From: an uncultured Spirochaetales bacterium
GTDB lineage: Bacteria > Myxococcota_A > UBA9160 > JAFDET01
Assembly: GCA_964442285.1 (NCBI GenBank)
Contig: CAYTZH010000001.1
Location: 224,118 to 288,117, forward strand
Direction: 5' to 3'
DNA length: 64,000 nt
The notes below the pieces were generated by a model that saw nothing but the letters and a program-made list of their open reading frames with translations, ran no database searches and was not told where the DNA came from. A program made the translations under genes and the position numbers. Positions 1 to 12,667 of this stretch are shown here, piece after piece. Position 1 is the stretch's first letter, and the number at the start of each line of letters is the position of its first letter.

Positions 1-18
1 CCGCTTCGGCGCTACCGT

Positions 19-1071
19 GTGTCGATGGGCGAGGCGACGCTCGACCGGCCCCCGCCGCGGGCCTGGCGACCCTGGTCCCAGGCGTGGATCGAGGCGGCGC
101 CCGTGGCGCCGGTCTGGGTCGGGCTCGGCCTGGCCGCGCTGCACCTGCTCGCCGGAGCCGGCTTCTACATGGTCGCGGCCGACCGGCTCGGCTCCGTCGG
201 CGGACCCCCGCGCCCGCTGTGGTGGGTCGATCCGGAGGCCCTGGGCTCGACGGCGGTCTTCTCCCTGCTGATCGGCTACGGGCCGGCCGCGCTGGCCTAC
301 GCCCGGCACCACCACCGTGCGACCTTCGAGGCCCTCCGCCCCGTCCTCCGCGCCGCGCCGGGCGAGCTCGCGGGGGCCCGCGCGGAGCTCGAGCGCTTCG
401 ACGTCGGCTGGCTGCGGCTCTTCGGCGCCGTGGCCGCCGCGTCGGCCGTGCTCGTGACCCTCTTCACGACCGGGATCCCCGAGGAGCTGGGTTGGGGCAA
501 CCCCTGGCTCTTCTGGATCCTCTGGCAGAACGGCCTGGCCTTCTGGCTCAACACCCGGACCGTCGCCCATGACTTCCGGGTGTCGCGTCTGCTTTCGCGC
601 TGGACCGAGCGCTGGGCGGAGGTGGATCCGCTGGACCGCGCGCCCCTGGCCCCCCTGGCGCGGCGCGGTCTCCAGAGTGCGCTGCTCATCGTGCTCGGGA
701 TCTCGATCTTCGTGTTCGTGAACAGCATCGGGAGCCCGTCGTCGATCCTGCCCTACACCCAGGCGGGTATGGTGGCGGTGGCCGCGGCCGCGCTCGTGCT
801 GCCGAGCCTCGGCGTCCACAAGCGCCTGGGCAAGGCCCGGCGGGAGGCGCTCGCGCGGCTGTCGGCGGAGATCCGGGCCGCTCGCGACGACCCGCAGGCG
901 CTCGAGCGCCGGGCCGCGCTGCTCACCCTGCGCCAGCACACGGAGGCGGCGCGCGAGTGGCCCTTCGACCTGGGCACCCTCGGCCGCTTCGCGCTCTACG
1001 CCGGGATCGGCCTCGGCTCCTGGGTCGGCGGCGCCCTGGTCGAGCGCCTCCTGGATCTGGCCATCGGTTGA
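19..1071 (+). CDS. hypothetical polytopic membrane protein
   Basis: 350-aa ORF with several hydrophobic helices (VWVGLGLAALHLLAGAGFYMV, AVLVTLFTTGI, LLIVLGISIFVFV, MVAVAAAALVLPSL, FALYAGIGLGSWVGG). No family recognised. The start (GTG 19 or ATG 25) is uncertain and close to the window edge. Confidence 0.55.
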   Translation: MSMGEATLDRPPPRAWRPWSQAWIEAAPVAPVWVGLGLAALHLLAGAGFYMVAADRLGSVGGPPRPLWWVDPEALGSTAVFSLLIGYGPAALAYARHHHRATFEALRPVLRAAPGELAGARAELERFDVGWLRLFGAVAAASAVLVTLFTTGIPEELGWGNPWLFWILWQNGLAFWLNTRTVAHDFRVSRLLSRWTERWAEVDPLDRAPLAPLARRGLQSALLIVLGISIFVFVNSIGSPSSILPYTQAGMVAVAAAALVLPSLGVHKRLGKARREALARLSAEIRAARDDPQALERRAALLTLRQHTEAAREWPFDLGTLGRFALYAGIGLGSWVGGALVERLLDLAIG

Positions 1072-1085
1072 CCTCCGGAGGAACG

Positions 1086-1769
1086 ATGCAGGTTCGAACG
1101 ACGCCCGGTGCCCTCGTGCTCGCTTCCCTGCTCCTCGCGCTCGGCTGCGCGTCCCCGGCGCCGACCCTGGACGCGCCCGAAGCAGGCGCGGGATTCCGCG
1201 GGGGCGGCGGCGCCCCGGCTCCGGAACGCAAGATCGTCCGCTCGGGGGACCAGGTCGTCGTCGTCGAGTCTCCCGAGGACGTCGCTCCGGAGGTGCCGCG
1301 GATCGTCGAGGCTGCCGGAGGATTCGTCGAGCGATCCACGATCGCCCGCGACGAGGACGTCGAGTTCCGCTGTCGGGTTCCCGCGGCGCGCCTGGACGAG
1401 GTCATGGATGCGATCGCGGCCCTCGGCGAGGAGGCGGAGCGCTCGGTCTCCGCGGCCGACGTCACGGAGCGGGCCCTCGACCTGGAAGGTCGCATCCGCA
1501 GCAAGAAGGCCCTGCGCGACCGGATGCAGGCGCTGCTCGCGCGCGCGAGCGATCTCGACGACGTGCTCAAGATCGAGCGCGAGATCAGCCGGCTCCAGGC
1601 CGAGATCGAGACGCTCCAGGGACGACTCGATCGCCTGGAGTCCCAGGTGGCCATGTCGGCCCTCTCGGTCGAGCTGCGCCGGCCCGAGCCGACCCGCATC
1701 CTGGGGCCGCTGGGCTACCTGGCCTACGGCCTGTGGTGGGGAATCTCCAAGCTCTTCATCATCCGCTAG
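1086..1769 (+). CDS. DUF4349-like lipoprotein
   Basis: ATG at 1086 is in frame within ORF 957..1769 and follows GGAGGAAC. The signal peptide has a lipobox (LLLALGC). A coiled-coil region (LKIEREISRLQAEIETLQGRLDRLE) and a C-terminal TM helix match the DUF4349 layout as I remember it. Confidence 0.75.
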   Translation: MQVRTTPGALVLASLLLALGCASPAPTLDAPEAGAGFRGGGGAPAPERKIVRSGDQVVVVESPEDVAPEVPRIVEAAGGFVERSTIARDEDVEFRCRVPAARLDEVMDAIAALGEEAERSVSAADVTERALDLEGRIRSKKALRDRMQALLARASDLDDVLKIEREISRLQAEIETLQGRLDRLESQVAMSALSVELRRPEPTRILGPLGYLAYGLWWGISKLFIIR

Positions 1770-3006
1770 CCGCGCCGCTGGGGACGTCGCGGAAGGCGAC
1801 GTCCTTGTCCTGGCGGGCCTCCGGCGGCAGGCGCAACACGCGCTCGGCGATGATGTTGCGCAGCACCTCGTCGGTGCCGCCGGCGATGCGCAGGCCCGGG
1901 CTCGCCAGGTAGCTCTCCTGCCAGCTGCCGCTCTGGAGCGCCGCCTCGGGGCCCAGGGCCCCGGCGGGACCGGCCAGCTCCATGCCGAACGCGCCCATCT
2001 CCTGCATCAGCCGGGCGCCCACCAGCTTGCCCAGGCTCGCCTCGGGGCCGGGAATGCCGCCCCGGGAGAGGGCCGTGAGGCTGCGGAAGCTCGTGAGCTG
2101 CAGGCCCTTGCGACGCACGTAGAAGTCCGCGATGCGCTGGCGCACGCCCGCATCGTCGAGGGCGGGGCCGCCGTCCAGCTCCACCTGCCGGGCGAGGGTC
2201 AGCAGCTCGCCGATCGGGTCCGAGGCGCCGCCGCCGCCCCCGATCGACGCGCGCTCGTTCATGAGCGTGGTGATGGCCACCTTCCAGCCGTTGCCCACCG
2301 CGTCGAGGCGGTCGGTGTCGGGGATGCGTACGTCGCTGAAGAAGACCTCGTTGAAGCCCGTGGCCCGGTTGATCTGTACGATCGGTCGGACCTCGATGCC
2401 GGGGGCCTTCATGTCCACCACGAAGTAGGTGAGGCCCGCGTGCTTCGGCACGTTCGGGTCGGTGCGGGTGACGAGGATCCCCCAGTCGCAGAAGTGGGCG
2501 CCCGTGGTCCAGATCTTCTGGCCGTTCACCACCCACTCGTCGCCGTCCTTCACGGCGGTGGTCCGCAGCCCGGCGAGGTCCGAGCCGGCGCTGGGCTCGC
2601 TGAAGAGCTGGCACCAGATCTCCTCGCCGGAGACCATCTTCGGCAGCCAGCGCGCCTTCTGTTCGTCGGTGCCGTGGGCCATGATCGTCGGGCCGGCCAT
2701 GCCGAGGCCGATGGCGAAGATCGGCGCCGGCGTCTCGAAGCGGGCCTCCTCCTGGCCCCAGATCACCGACTGCATGGCGTTGCCGCCCCGGCCGCCGTAT
2801 TCCTTGGGCCAGGTGATGCAGGCCCAGCCCGCCTCGGCCTTCTTCTTCTGCCAGGCCTGGGCCTCCTCGACGAAGTCCGGGCCGTAGCGCTCCGAGAGCA
2901 CGCCCGCGGAGCTCTCGTTCGGATCGCGCGGCTTGGCGTTGGCCTCGAGCCAGGTGCGGGCCTCCTTGCGGAAGGCGGCCTCTTCGGGGGAGTCGTTGAA
3001 GTCCAT
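1759..3006 (-). CDS. acyl-CoA dehydrogenase (long subunit of an adjacent pair)
   Basis: 415 aa. ACAD hallmarks are present: WPKEYGGRG, GTDEQKARWLPKM, WCQLFSEPSAGSDLAGL, GQKIWTTGAH and a C-terminal GGTDEVLRNIIAERVL. Confidence 0.9.
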   Translation of the reverse strand: MDFNDSPEEAAFRKEARTWLEANAKPRDPNESSAGVLSERYGPDFVEEAQAWQKKKAEAGWACITWPKEYGGRGGNAMQSVIWGQEEARFETPAPIFAIGLGMAGPTIMAHGTDEQKARWLPKMVSGEEIWCQLFSEPSAGSDLAGLRTTAVKDGDEWVVNGQKIWTTGAHFCDWGILVTRTDPNVPKHAGLTYFVVDMKAPGIEVRPIVQINRATGFNEVFFSDVRIPDTDRLDAVGNGWKVAITTLMNERASIGGGGGASDPIGELLTLARQVELDGGPALDDAGVRQRIADFYVRRKGLQLTSFRSLTALSRGGIPGPEASLGKLVGARLMQEMGAFGMELAGPAGALGPEAALQSGSWQESYLASPGLRIAGGTDEVLRNIIAERVLRLPPEARQDKDVAFRDVPSGAASG

Positions 3007-3064
3007 CGGGGGTCTCCTCGCGGGTTCGTCGGGGGGCGCGGGATTCTCGGAGCGGTCGCCTCGC

Positions 3065-4168
3065 CTAGGCGGCGGCCAGGTGACGCACGAGCTTTTCGCG
3101 CCACTCCCGGGCGGGCCCGAGGGCCAGCCCCAGGCCCTTGGCCCTTCGGTAGAAGAGATGGCAGTCGTATTCCCAGGTGAAGCCGACGCCGCCGTAGAGC
3201 TGCACCATCTCCACGCTGGCCAGGTCGAAGGCCTCGCTGGCCGAGACCCGGGCCCCGGCCGCGGCGACCGGGAGCTCCGGGGCCTCGTTGGAGAGGGCCC
3301 AGGCGCCGTAGTAGGCGTGGGAGCGCGCCAGCTCGATGGCCACCCAGAGGTCGGCGAGCCGGTGCTTGATGGCCTGGAACGACGCCACGGGTCGGCCGAA
3401 GGCGTAGCGGCCGAGGGTGAACTCCACGGTGAGTTCGAAGGCGCGCTGGGCCCCGCCCACCTGCTCGAAGGCGGTGAGCACCGCCGCGCGGTCGAGCAGG
3501 CCCTCCACGGCCGCCCAGCCGCTCGCCGCGCCGCCGAGCCGCTCGGCGGGCGCGTTCTCGAAGCTCACCCGGGCCACGGGCCGGGCCGGGTCGAAGCTGT
3601 CGAGGGCCTCGCGACCCACGCCGTCGCCCGCGAGCTCGACGAGGGCCAGGGCGGGCTCGCCGCCGTGCCGGGCCACCACCACCGCGAAGTCGGCGGCGGC
3701 GCCGTCGGGCACCGGGCCCTTGCTGCCGGAGAGGCGCTCGCCATCCAGGGCCGCGGTGACGGCCTCCGGGCGCAGGCTGCCCGGCTTCTCCGCCAGCGCG
3801 AAGGTGCCGATCGCCTCGCCGGCGGCGAGCTTGGGCAGCCAGTGCTTCTGCTGCGCGGGGCTGCCATGGCGCAGGATCGCCTCGGTGGCCAGGTAGACCG
3901 AGGACGAGAAGGGAAGGGGCGTCAGGGCCCGGCCCACCTCCTCGGCGATGAGCACCAGCTCCAGGTAGCCGAACCCGGCCCCGCCGTGCTCCTCGGGGAT
4001 GACGGCCCCGAGCCAGCCCAGCTCGGCCGCGCCCTTCCAGAGCTCGGCGGCGTAGGGCTTGTCGGATTCGAGCACGTCCCGGCAGACCGCGAGGGGCGCA
4101 TGCTCCTCCAGGTAGTCGCGGACGGTCTTCTGGAGCAGCTTCTGGTCTTCCGAGAAATCGAAGTTCAT
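3065..4168 (-). CDS. acyl-CoA dehydrogenase family protein (short subunit of the pair)
   Basis: 367 aa. The N-terminus is ACAD-like (MNFDFSEDQKLLQKTVRDYL, IPEEHGGAGFGYLE) and the C-terminus has FQAIKHRLADL and LYGGVGFTWEYDCHLFYRRAK. Confidence 0.9.
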   Translation of the reverse strand: MNFDFSEDQKLLQKTVRDYLEEHAPLAVCRDVLESDKPYAAELWKGAAELGWLGAVIPEEHGGAGFGYLELVLIAEEVGRALTPLPFSSSVYLATEAILRHGSPAQQKHWLPKLAAGEAIGTFALAEKPGSLRPEAVTAALDGERLSGSKGPVPDGAAADFAVVVARHGGEPALALVELAGDGVGREALDSFDPARPVARVSFENAPAERLGGAASGWAAVEGLLDRAAVLTAFEQVGGAQRAFELTVEFTLGRYAFGRPVASFQAIKHRLADLWVAIELARSHAYYGAWALSNEAPELPVAAAGARVSASEAFDLASVEMVQLYGGVGFTWEYDCHLFYRRAKGLGLALGPAREWREKLVRHLAAA

Positions 4169-4217
4169 TCGGGGGGTTCTCCCGGTTCGGGGGGGCCGCG
4201 CGACTCGCCCGGGCGGA

Positions 4218-4246
4218 TTGACTCGCGAGTCAACGGCGGATTATAG
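4218..4246 (+). promoter_or_regulatory. 16-bp perfect palindrome TTGACTCGCGAGTCAA overlapping a sigma-70-like promoter (candidate operator)
   Basis: The palindrome spans 4218-4233. TTGACT (4218-4223) is followed by a 17-nt spacer and TTATAG (4241-4246). It lies in the 144-bp divergent gap between the ACAD pair (-) and the histidine phosphatase gene (+). Confidence 0.45.
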
Positions 4247-4312
4247 CCGCCTTTCGGAGCGCGCCAGGCCGCTCGCTCCCGGGGCGGGCCGGGCCGCTAC
4301 CCTCCGCGCCCG

Positions 4313-4963
4313 ATGGCCACGATCTATCTCATCCGCCACGGCGAGACCGACGGCAACACCCGCCGCATCGTCCAGGTGCCCGAGACCCCGCTCTCGGAGC
4401 GCGGCCTGGCCCAGGCCGAGCGGCTCGCCGCCCGACTGGGCGACGGCGTCGCCGCCGTGCTCTCCAGCGATCTGGCCCGGGCGCGCATGACGGCCGAGCG
4501 GGTGGCGGAGACTGCCGGCGCGCCCCTCGCCCTGGAGCCCGCGCTCCAGGAGCGCAACTTCGGCGACGTTCGGGGCACGGCCTACGCCGACCTGGGCGTC
4601 GACCTCTTCGCCCCCGACTACGCCCCCCCGGGCGGGGAGACCTGGGCCGCCTTCCACGCGCGGGTGGATCGCGCCTGGCAGGCCATCGAGGCGGCGGCCC
4701 GGGCCACCGAGGGCCCCCTGGCCGTGGTGACCCACGGCCTGGTCTGTCACTCCCTGGTGTCGAGACGACTCGCCCTCGCCGAGCGCCTGCCCCGGCTCGA
4801 GCCGGAGCAGCCCCGCGCCTTCGGCAACACGGCGGTCACGGTGATCGAGGGCCCGCCGGTCGAGGGCCCCCCGGTCTGGACGGTGACCCTGCTGGCCTGC
4901 ACCGCCCACCTCGGCGGCGAGGGGCCCGAAGGGGACGGCCGAGCCGGGGTGTCGGGACTCTGA
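4313..4963 (+). CDS. histidine phosphatase (phosphoglycerate mutase-like) family protein
   Basis: 216 aa. The N-terminal RHG catalytic motif is present (IYLIRHGETDGN), and VTHG occurs later. Confidence 0.85.
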   Translation: MATIYLIRHGETDGNTRRIVQVPETPLSERGLAQAERLAARLGDGVAAVLSSDLARARMTAERVAETAGAPLALEPALQERNFGDVRGTAYADLGVDLFAPDYAPPGGETWAAFHARVDRAWQAIEAAARATEGPLAVVTHGLVCHSLVSRRLALAERLPRLEPEQPRAFGNTAVTVIEGPPVEGPPVWTVTLLACTAHLGGEGPEGDGRAGVSGL

Positions 4964-5022
4964 CAGCCGGCATCGGGTCGCGCGGCGGGGTACGCTCAAC
5001 GGCCGCGCCCAGGGGAGAAGGC

Positions 5023-5478
5023 ATGCGTCCGAGCGAAGTCCGTCAGACCATCCTCGAGGACCACGAGAAGCTGCGCGAGGAGCTCGCCGAGCTCGCGCGG
5101 ATCTCCCTCAAGGTGGCCACCGCGGAGCCCGGGGACCTGGCGCCCCTGCTGCGGGACCGGGGCGAGGCCTTCCTCGAGCACTTCCTGCGCCACCTGGCCC
5201 TGGAGGACGCCCACCTGAAGCCGGCGGTGCGCGACGCCGACGGCTGGGGCGAGGCGCGGGCCCAGCGGCTGGAGGACGAGCACACCCACCAGCGCCAGCT
5301 GCTCGAGGGCATCCTCGGCCGGCTGCGGGACGAGAGCTTTCCGGAGGCGGAGCTGGCCCTGGAGCTGCGCGGGCTCGTCGAGGTGATCCGAGAGGACATG
5401 CAGCAGGAGGAGAAGGTGATGCTCGACGCCAACCTCCTGCGCGACGACGTGGTCGGCGTCGACGTCGAGGCCGGCTAG
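5023..5478 (+). CDS. hemerythrin HHE cation-binding-like protein (tentative)
   Basis: 151-aa helical protein with H/E-rich spacing (EHFLRHLALEDAH, EDEHTHQ). The domain call is from pattern memory only. Confidence 0.55.
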   Translation: MRPSEVRQTILEDHEKLREELAELARISLKVATAEPGDLAPLLRDRGEAFLEHFLRHLALEDAHLKPAVRDADGWGEARAQRLEDEHTHQRQLLEGILGRLRDESFPEAELALELRGLVEVIREDMQQEEKVMLDANLLRDDVVGVDVEAG

Positions 5479-5720
5479 CCCTTCTCCTGGTCCTCCAGGA
5501 AGGCCTCGAGGCTCTCCTTCACCTGGGCGGCCTTGTCGCCCTGCCAGCCGCGCACCGCGGTGAGCACGTAGTAGGCGTGCAGGGGCAGGGCGCCCGAGCC
5601 CTCGATCTTGGCGGCCTCGAGGGCGCGCTCGGCCACGGCGCGGACCGAGCCGCTCGGGCACGAGTTCACCACGGCGGTGAAGGACTCGATCACGCCGAGT
5701 CGGCGCGGCGCATCGGCCAT
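5475..5720 (-). CDS. small hypothetical protein (81 aa), last gene of the metH operon
   Basis: In-frame ATG at 5720, 3 nt after the stop of the HAD gene. GC3 is high. The sequence is MADAPRRLGVIESFTAVVNSCPSG...; no family recognised. Confidence 0.5.
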   Translation of the reverse strand: MADAPRRLGVIESFTAVVNSCPSGSVRAVAERALEAAKIEGSGALPLHAYYVLTAVRGWQGDKAAQVKESLEAFLEDQEKG

Positions 5721-5722
5721 GC

Positions 5723-6346
5723 CTAGCTCCGGAGGGGGAAGCCGAGCACCGCTTCCAGCGCGGAGAGCGCCCCGTCGGGCTCGTCCACCTTGATGGTGGT
5801 CATCCCCAGCGCGCGGGCGGGCTTCAGGTTGCGGCCGATGTCGTCGAGGAACACCGCCTCGCCGGGTGCGACGTCGAGGGCCGCGCAGGTATGGCGGTAG
5901 ATGCGCGGGTCCGGCTTGCGCAGCCCGAGCGCCGAGGACTCTACGAAGACGTCGAAGTGGGGGCGCAGGGCGCCGGTCCCGTCGGCGTCGGACTTCCAGT
6001 TGTTGGTGAGCGCCGCCGCCCGGAGCCGGGCGCCCCGGATCCGGGCGATGGCCGCGAGCATCGCCGGCCGCGGCTGGGCCGCCTCGCCCATGCGCGCGAA
6101 GAGCGCGGCCGCCGAGATGCGGTGGCCCCGCGCGGCGAGCTCCGCCTCGAAGGCGGGCGCGAAGGCCTCCATCTCGACCTCGCCGCGCTCGAAGCGCGAC
6201 CAGGCTCCGTCGGGACCGGTCTCCACCACGGTGCGGTTGATGATGCCCGCGGGAAGCCCCTCCGCGGACTCGTAGGCCGCGATGGCCTGCAGGGGCGATC
6301 CCAGCACGACGCCGCCCAGGTCGAAGATCACGGCGCGCAGGGCCAC
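5723..6346 (-). CDS. HAD-IA family hydrolase (epoxide-hydrolase N-terminal-like phosphatase type)
   Basis: 207 aa. HAD motif I is VIFDLGGVV. Also present are TNN, RKPDPRIY and FLDDIGRNLKPA. Confidence 0.85.
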   Translation of the reverse strand: MALRAVIFDLGGVVLGSPLQAIAAYESAEGLPAGIINRTVVETGPDGAWSRFERGEVEMEAFAPAFEAELAARGHRISAAALFARMGEAAQPRPAMLAAIARIRGARLRAAALTNNWKSDADGTGALRPHFDVFVESSALGLRKPDPRIYRHTCAALDVAPGEAVFLDDIGRNLKPARALGMTTIKVDEPDGALSALEAVLGFPLRS

Positions 6347-6349
6347 GCC

Positions 6350-10027
<3,678 letters not shown>

Positions 10028-10188
10028 GCTGCTCCTCCGCGGGGGCCGGCGCGAGGTGGATCGGGCCCGCGGACCCCCGAGCTTAGACAAAAGATCCCTT
10101 CATCTCAATAAATGGATGGATTTCTGGTTCCCGAGGGGATGAGACACTTCGGTCTCGTCTGTCTCCCGGCCATGGTAGCCTGCCCCGG

Positions 10189-10749
10189 ATGACCCGAACC
10201 GAGCAGACCGAGACGCGAATCCTGGACGGGGCCGCGGAGGTCCTGGCGCGGCGGGGCCTCGCCGGTCTGGCCATGGCGGACGTAGGGGCTCGCGCGGGTG
10301 TCGCCCGGGGCACCGTCTATCGCTACTTCCCGAATCGACACGCGCTGTTGCGCGCGCTGGCGGAGCGGGAGGGCCGCCGCTTCTTCGAGCGCTGGCAGCG
10401 CTCCCTGGCCGAGGTACCGCCCGCCTGCCGACCCCAGCGGATCTACACCCAGGTCGCCCACTTCGCCGACGACCATCCCCTGGTGCAGCGGTTGGTGGAG
10501 AGCGATCCGGACTTCGTGCTGCGGGCACTCCGCGAGCAGCTCCCCGCCATCCGGGCCGCGCTGGCGGAGCTCCTCGGACCGAGCCTGGTCGAGACCGGCC
10601 TCGTCGAAGATCCCTCGCTGCTGGCGCCGCTCACCGACTGGATCGCCCGGCTCCTCATCTCCGCGTTCCTGTTTCCCGACGCCGAGCCGGAGCGCTGGGG
10701 CGACGACCTGGCCCGGGTGCATGCGCGGCTGCTGAGGCGGCCCGAGTGA
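10189..10749 (+). CDS. TetR/AcrR family transcriptional regulator
   Basis: 186 aa. The N-terminal HTH reads RILDGAAEVLARRGLAGLAMADVGARAGVARGTVYRYFPNRHALL. Confidence 0.9.
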   Translation: MTRTEQTETRILDGAAEVLARRGLAGLAMADVGARAGVARGTVYRYFPNRHALLRALAEREGRRFFERWQRSLAEVPPACRPQRIYTQVAHFADDHPLVQRLVESDPDFVLRALREQLPAIRAALAELLGPSLVETGLVEDPSLLAPLTDWIARLLISAFLFPDAEPERWGDDLARVHARLLRRPE

Positions 10750-11795
10750 GCGGCGGGAACGACGCGCCCCCCGGCATCGACGCCGCGGGCGTGGGTCGCT
10801 TCTTCGCCGCCCAGGTCCCGGGCGGCGACGTGCCGCTGCGGTTCGCGCTGATCAGCGGCGGGCGCTCCAACCTCACCTACCGCGTCTCCGGCGGGGGGCG
10901 CGACTGGGTGCTGCGCCGTCCGCCCCTCGGCCACGTGCTCCCCACCGCCCACGACATGGCGCGCGAGTACCGGGTGCTGACCGCCCTGGCGGAGACCGAC
11001 GTGCCGGTGCCGCGGACGTTCGCCCTGTGCGAGGACGCGGCGGTCAACGGCGCCTCCTTCTACGTGATGGAGTACCGGCCCGGCGTGGTGCTGAACGAGG
11101 CGATCCCCGACGGCTACGCCGAGTCGGCCGCCGGACGCCGGGCCGCGAGCCTGGCCCTGGTCGACACGCTCGTGCGTCTCCACGCGGTGGACGCCGAGGC
11201 CGTGGGCCTCGGCGATTTCGGGCGTCCCGCCGGCTACCTCGAGCGCCAGGTGCGGCGCTGGGCCCAGCAGTGGGAGCGCTCCAAGGGGCGCGACGTGCCG
11301 GAGATCGACGCCCTGGCCGAGCGCCTGCCCAAGGCCCTTCCCGCGAGTCCGGCGCCCACGATCGTGCACGGCGACTACCGCCTGGGCAACCTCGCCCTCG
11401 ACCCCGACGACCCGGGGCGCGTGGTGGCGGTCTTCGACTGGGAGATGGCCACCCTGGGCGACCCCCTGGCCGACCTGGGCTACGCGCTCATCTACTGGGG
11501 GGAGGAGGGCGACCCGCCGCAGCAGCGCACGGGCACCATGCACCTCACGGCCCGGCCGGGCTTCCTCTCCCGCGCCGCGCTGGTGGCCGAGTACGCCCGC
11601 CGCAGCGGGCGCGACACGTCGGCCATCGACTTCTACCAGGCCCTCGCCCTGTACAAGCTCGCGGTCATCTCCGAGGGCATCGCGGCGCGCTTCCGCCAGG
11701 GCAAGACCGTGGGCGAGGGCTTCGACCGCTACGAGCTCCAGAGCCAGCACCTGGCGCGGCGCGGGGTGGCCATCGCCGAAGCCGCCGGGTTCTAG
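10746..11795 (+). CDS. APH-like phosphotransferase family protein (ACAD10/11 kinase-domain type)
   Basis: 349 aa. The GTG start overlaps the TetR stop (GTGA). Motifs seen: SGGRSNLTY, EYRVL, FYVMEYRPG, VHGDYRLGN, DWEMATLGDPLADL. Confidence 0.85.
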   Translation: MSGGNDAPPGIDAAGVGRFFAAQVPGGDVPLRFALISGGRSNLTYRVSGGGRDWVLRRPPLGHVLPTAHDMAREYRVLTALAETDVPVPRTFALCEDAAVNGASFYVMEYRPGVVLNEAIPDGYAESAAGRRAASLALVDTLVRLHAVDAEAVGLGDFGRPAGYLERQVRRWAQQWERSKGRDVPEIDALAERLPKALPASPAPTIVHGDYRLGNLALDPDDPGRVVAVFDWEMATLGDPLADLGYALIYWGEEGDPPQQRTGTMHLTARPGFLSRAALVAEYARRSGRDTSAIDFYQALALYKLAVISEGIAARFRQGKTVGEGFDRYELQSQHLARRGVAIAEAAGF

Positions 11796-11831
11796 AACGG
11801 AATCCGAGGCGCCTGGCGCCGCGCCCGCCTC

Positions 11832-12665
11832 CTAGCCGCGGTGCTTGGCGCGGAAGCGCTCCTTGGCGGCGCGGCCCTGGCGCTCGAGCACCGGCATCAG
11901 GGCCCGGCGGGCGTTGGGCACGGCGCTGCTCAGTCGGGCGAGCCAGCCGGTGAGCTGGGGAATCGTCCGCTCGCGCTGACCGTCCGCGGCGCACGCAAGC
12001 ACCGCGTCGGCGATCTCCTCGGGCGAGGACATCGGCTGCGAGAAGACCAGGTCCGGCACCGCGTCGAGGTCGTCGAGGATGAAGCCGGTCTCCACGGGAC
12101 CCGGGGAGACCACCGAGACCTCCACGTCGCTGTCCCGCAGCTCCTCGCGCAGGGCGAAGCTGAAGCCGCGCAGTCCCCACTTGGAGGCCGAGTAGGTGGC
12201 CTCGCCGTCCAGGGGGAACTGACCCGCGATCGACGCTACCTGCACGATGCGGCCGCCGCGACCGCGCAGGTGGGGCAGGGCCAGCCGCGTGAGCACGATG
12301 GGCGCGATCAGGTTCACGCGGATGATCTCGACGAGCTGGGCCGGATCCTGGTCGAGCACGTCGCCGCGCACGTTCAGGCCCGCGTTGTTGACCAGCAGGT
12401 CGAGCCCGCCAAAGGCCTCTACCACGCCGTCGAGGAGGGCGCGGCAGGCGTCCAGATCGGTGACGTCCGTCGGCACGGCCAGGGCCCGCCCGCCCGCCTG
12501 CTCGATCTCCTTGCACAGGACGTCCAGGCCCGCGGCGCCGCGGGCCGCCACGGCCACCGCGGCGCCCTCGGCGGCCAGCTTGCGGGCGCAGGCGGCGCCG
12601 ATGCCCCGGGGCTGGGAGGCGCCGGTGACCAGGGCGATGCGAGCCTCGAAGCGCTTCTCCGCCAC
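11832..12665 (-). CDS. SDR family oxidoreductase
   Basis: 277 aa with TGASQPRGIG, NNAG and YSASK motifs. Confidence 0.85.
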   Translation of the reverse strand: MAEKRFEARIALVTGASQPRGIGAACARKLAAEGAAVAVAARGAAGLDVLCKEIEQAGGRALAVPTDVTDLDACRALLDGVVEAFGGLDLLVNNAGLNVRGDVLDQDPAQLVEIIRVNLIAPIVLTRLALPHLRGRGGRIVQVASIAGQFPLDGEATYSASKWGLRGFSFALREELRDSDVEVSVVSPGPVETGFILDDLDAVPDLVFSQPMSSPEEIADAVLACAADGQRERTIPQLTGWLARLSSAVPNARRALMPVLERQGRAAKERFRAKHRG

Positions 12666-12667
12666 GG

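Noticed and set aside
10028-10188. Riboswitch (SAH, SAM or cobalamin) in the metH leader
   Set aside because: I could not find the conserved cores of SAH, SAM-I/II or cobalamin riboswitches by eye on the minus strand. The region is better explained as a divergent promoter. A covariance-model scan (Rfam) would be decisive.
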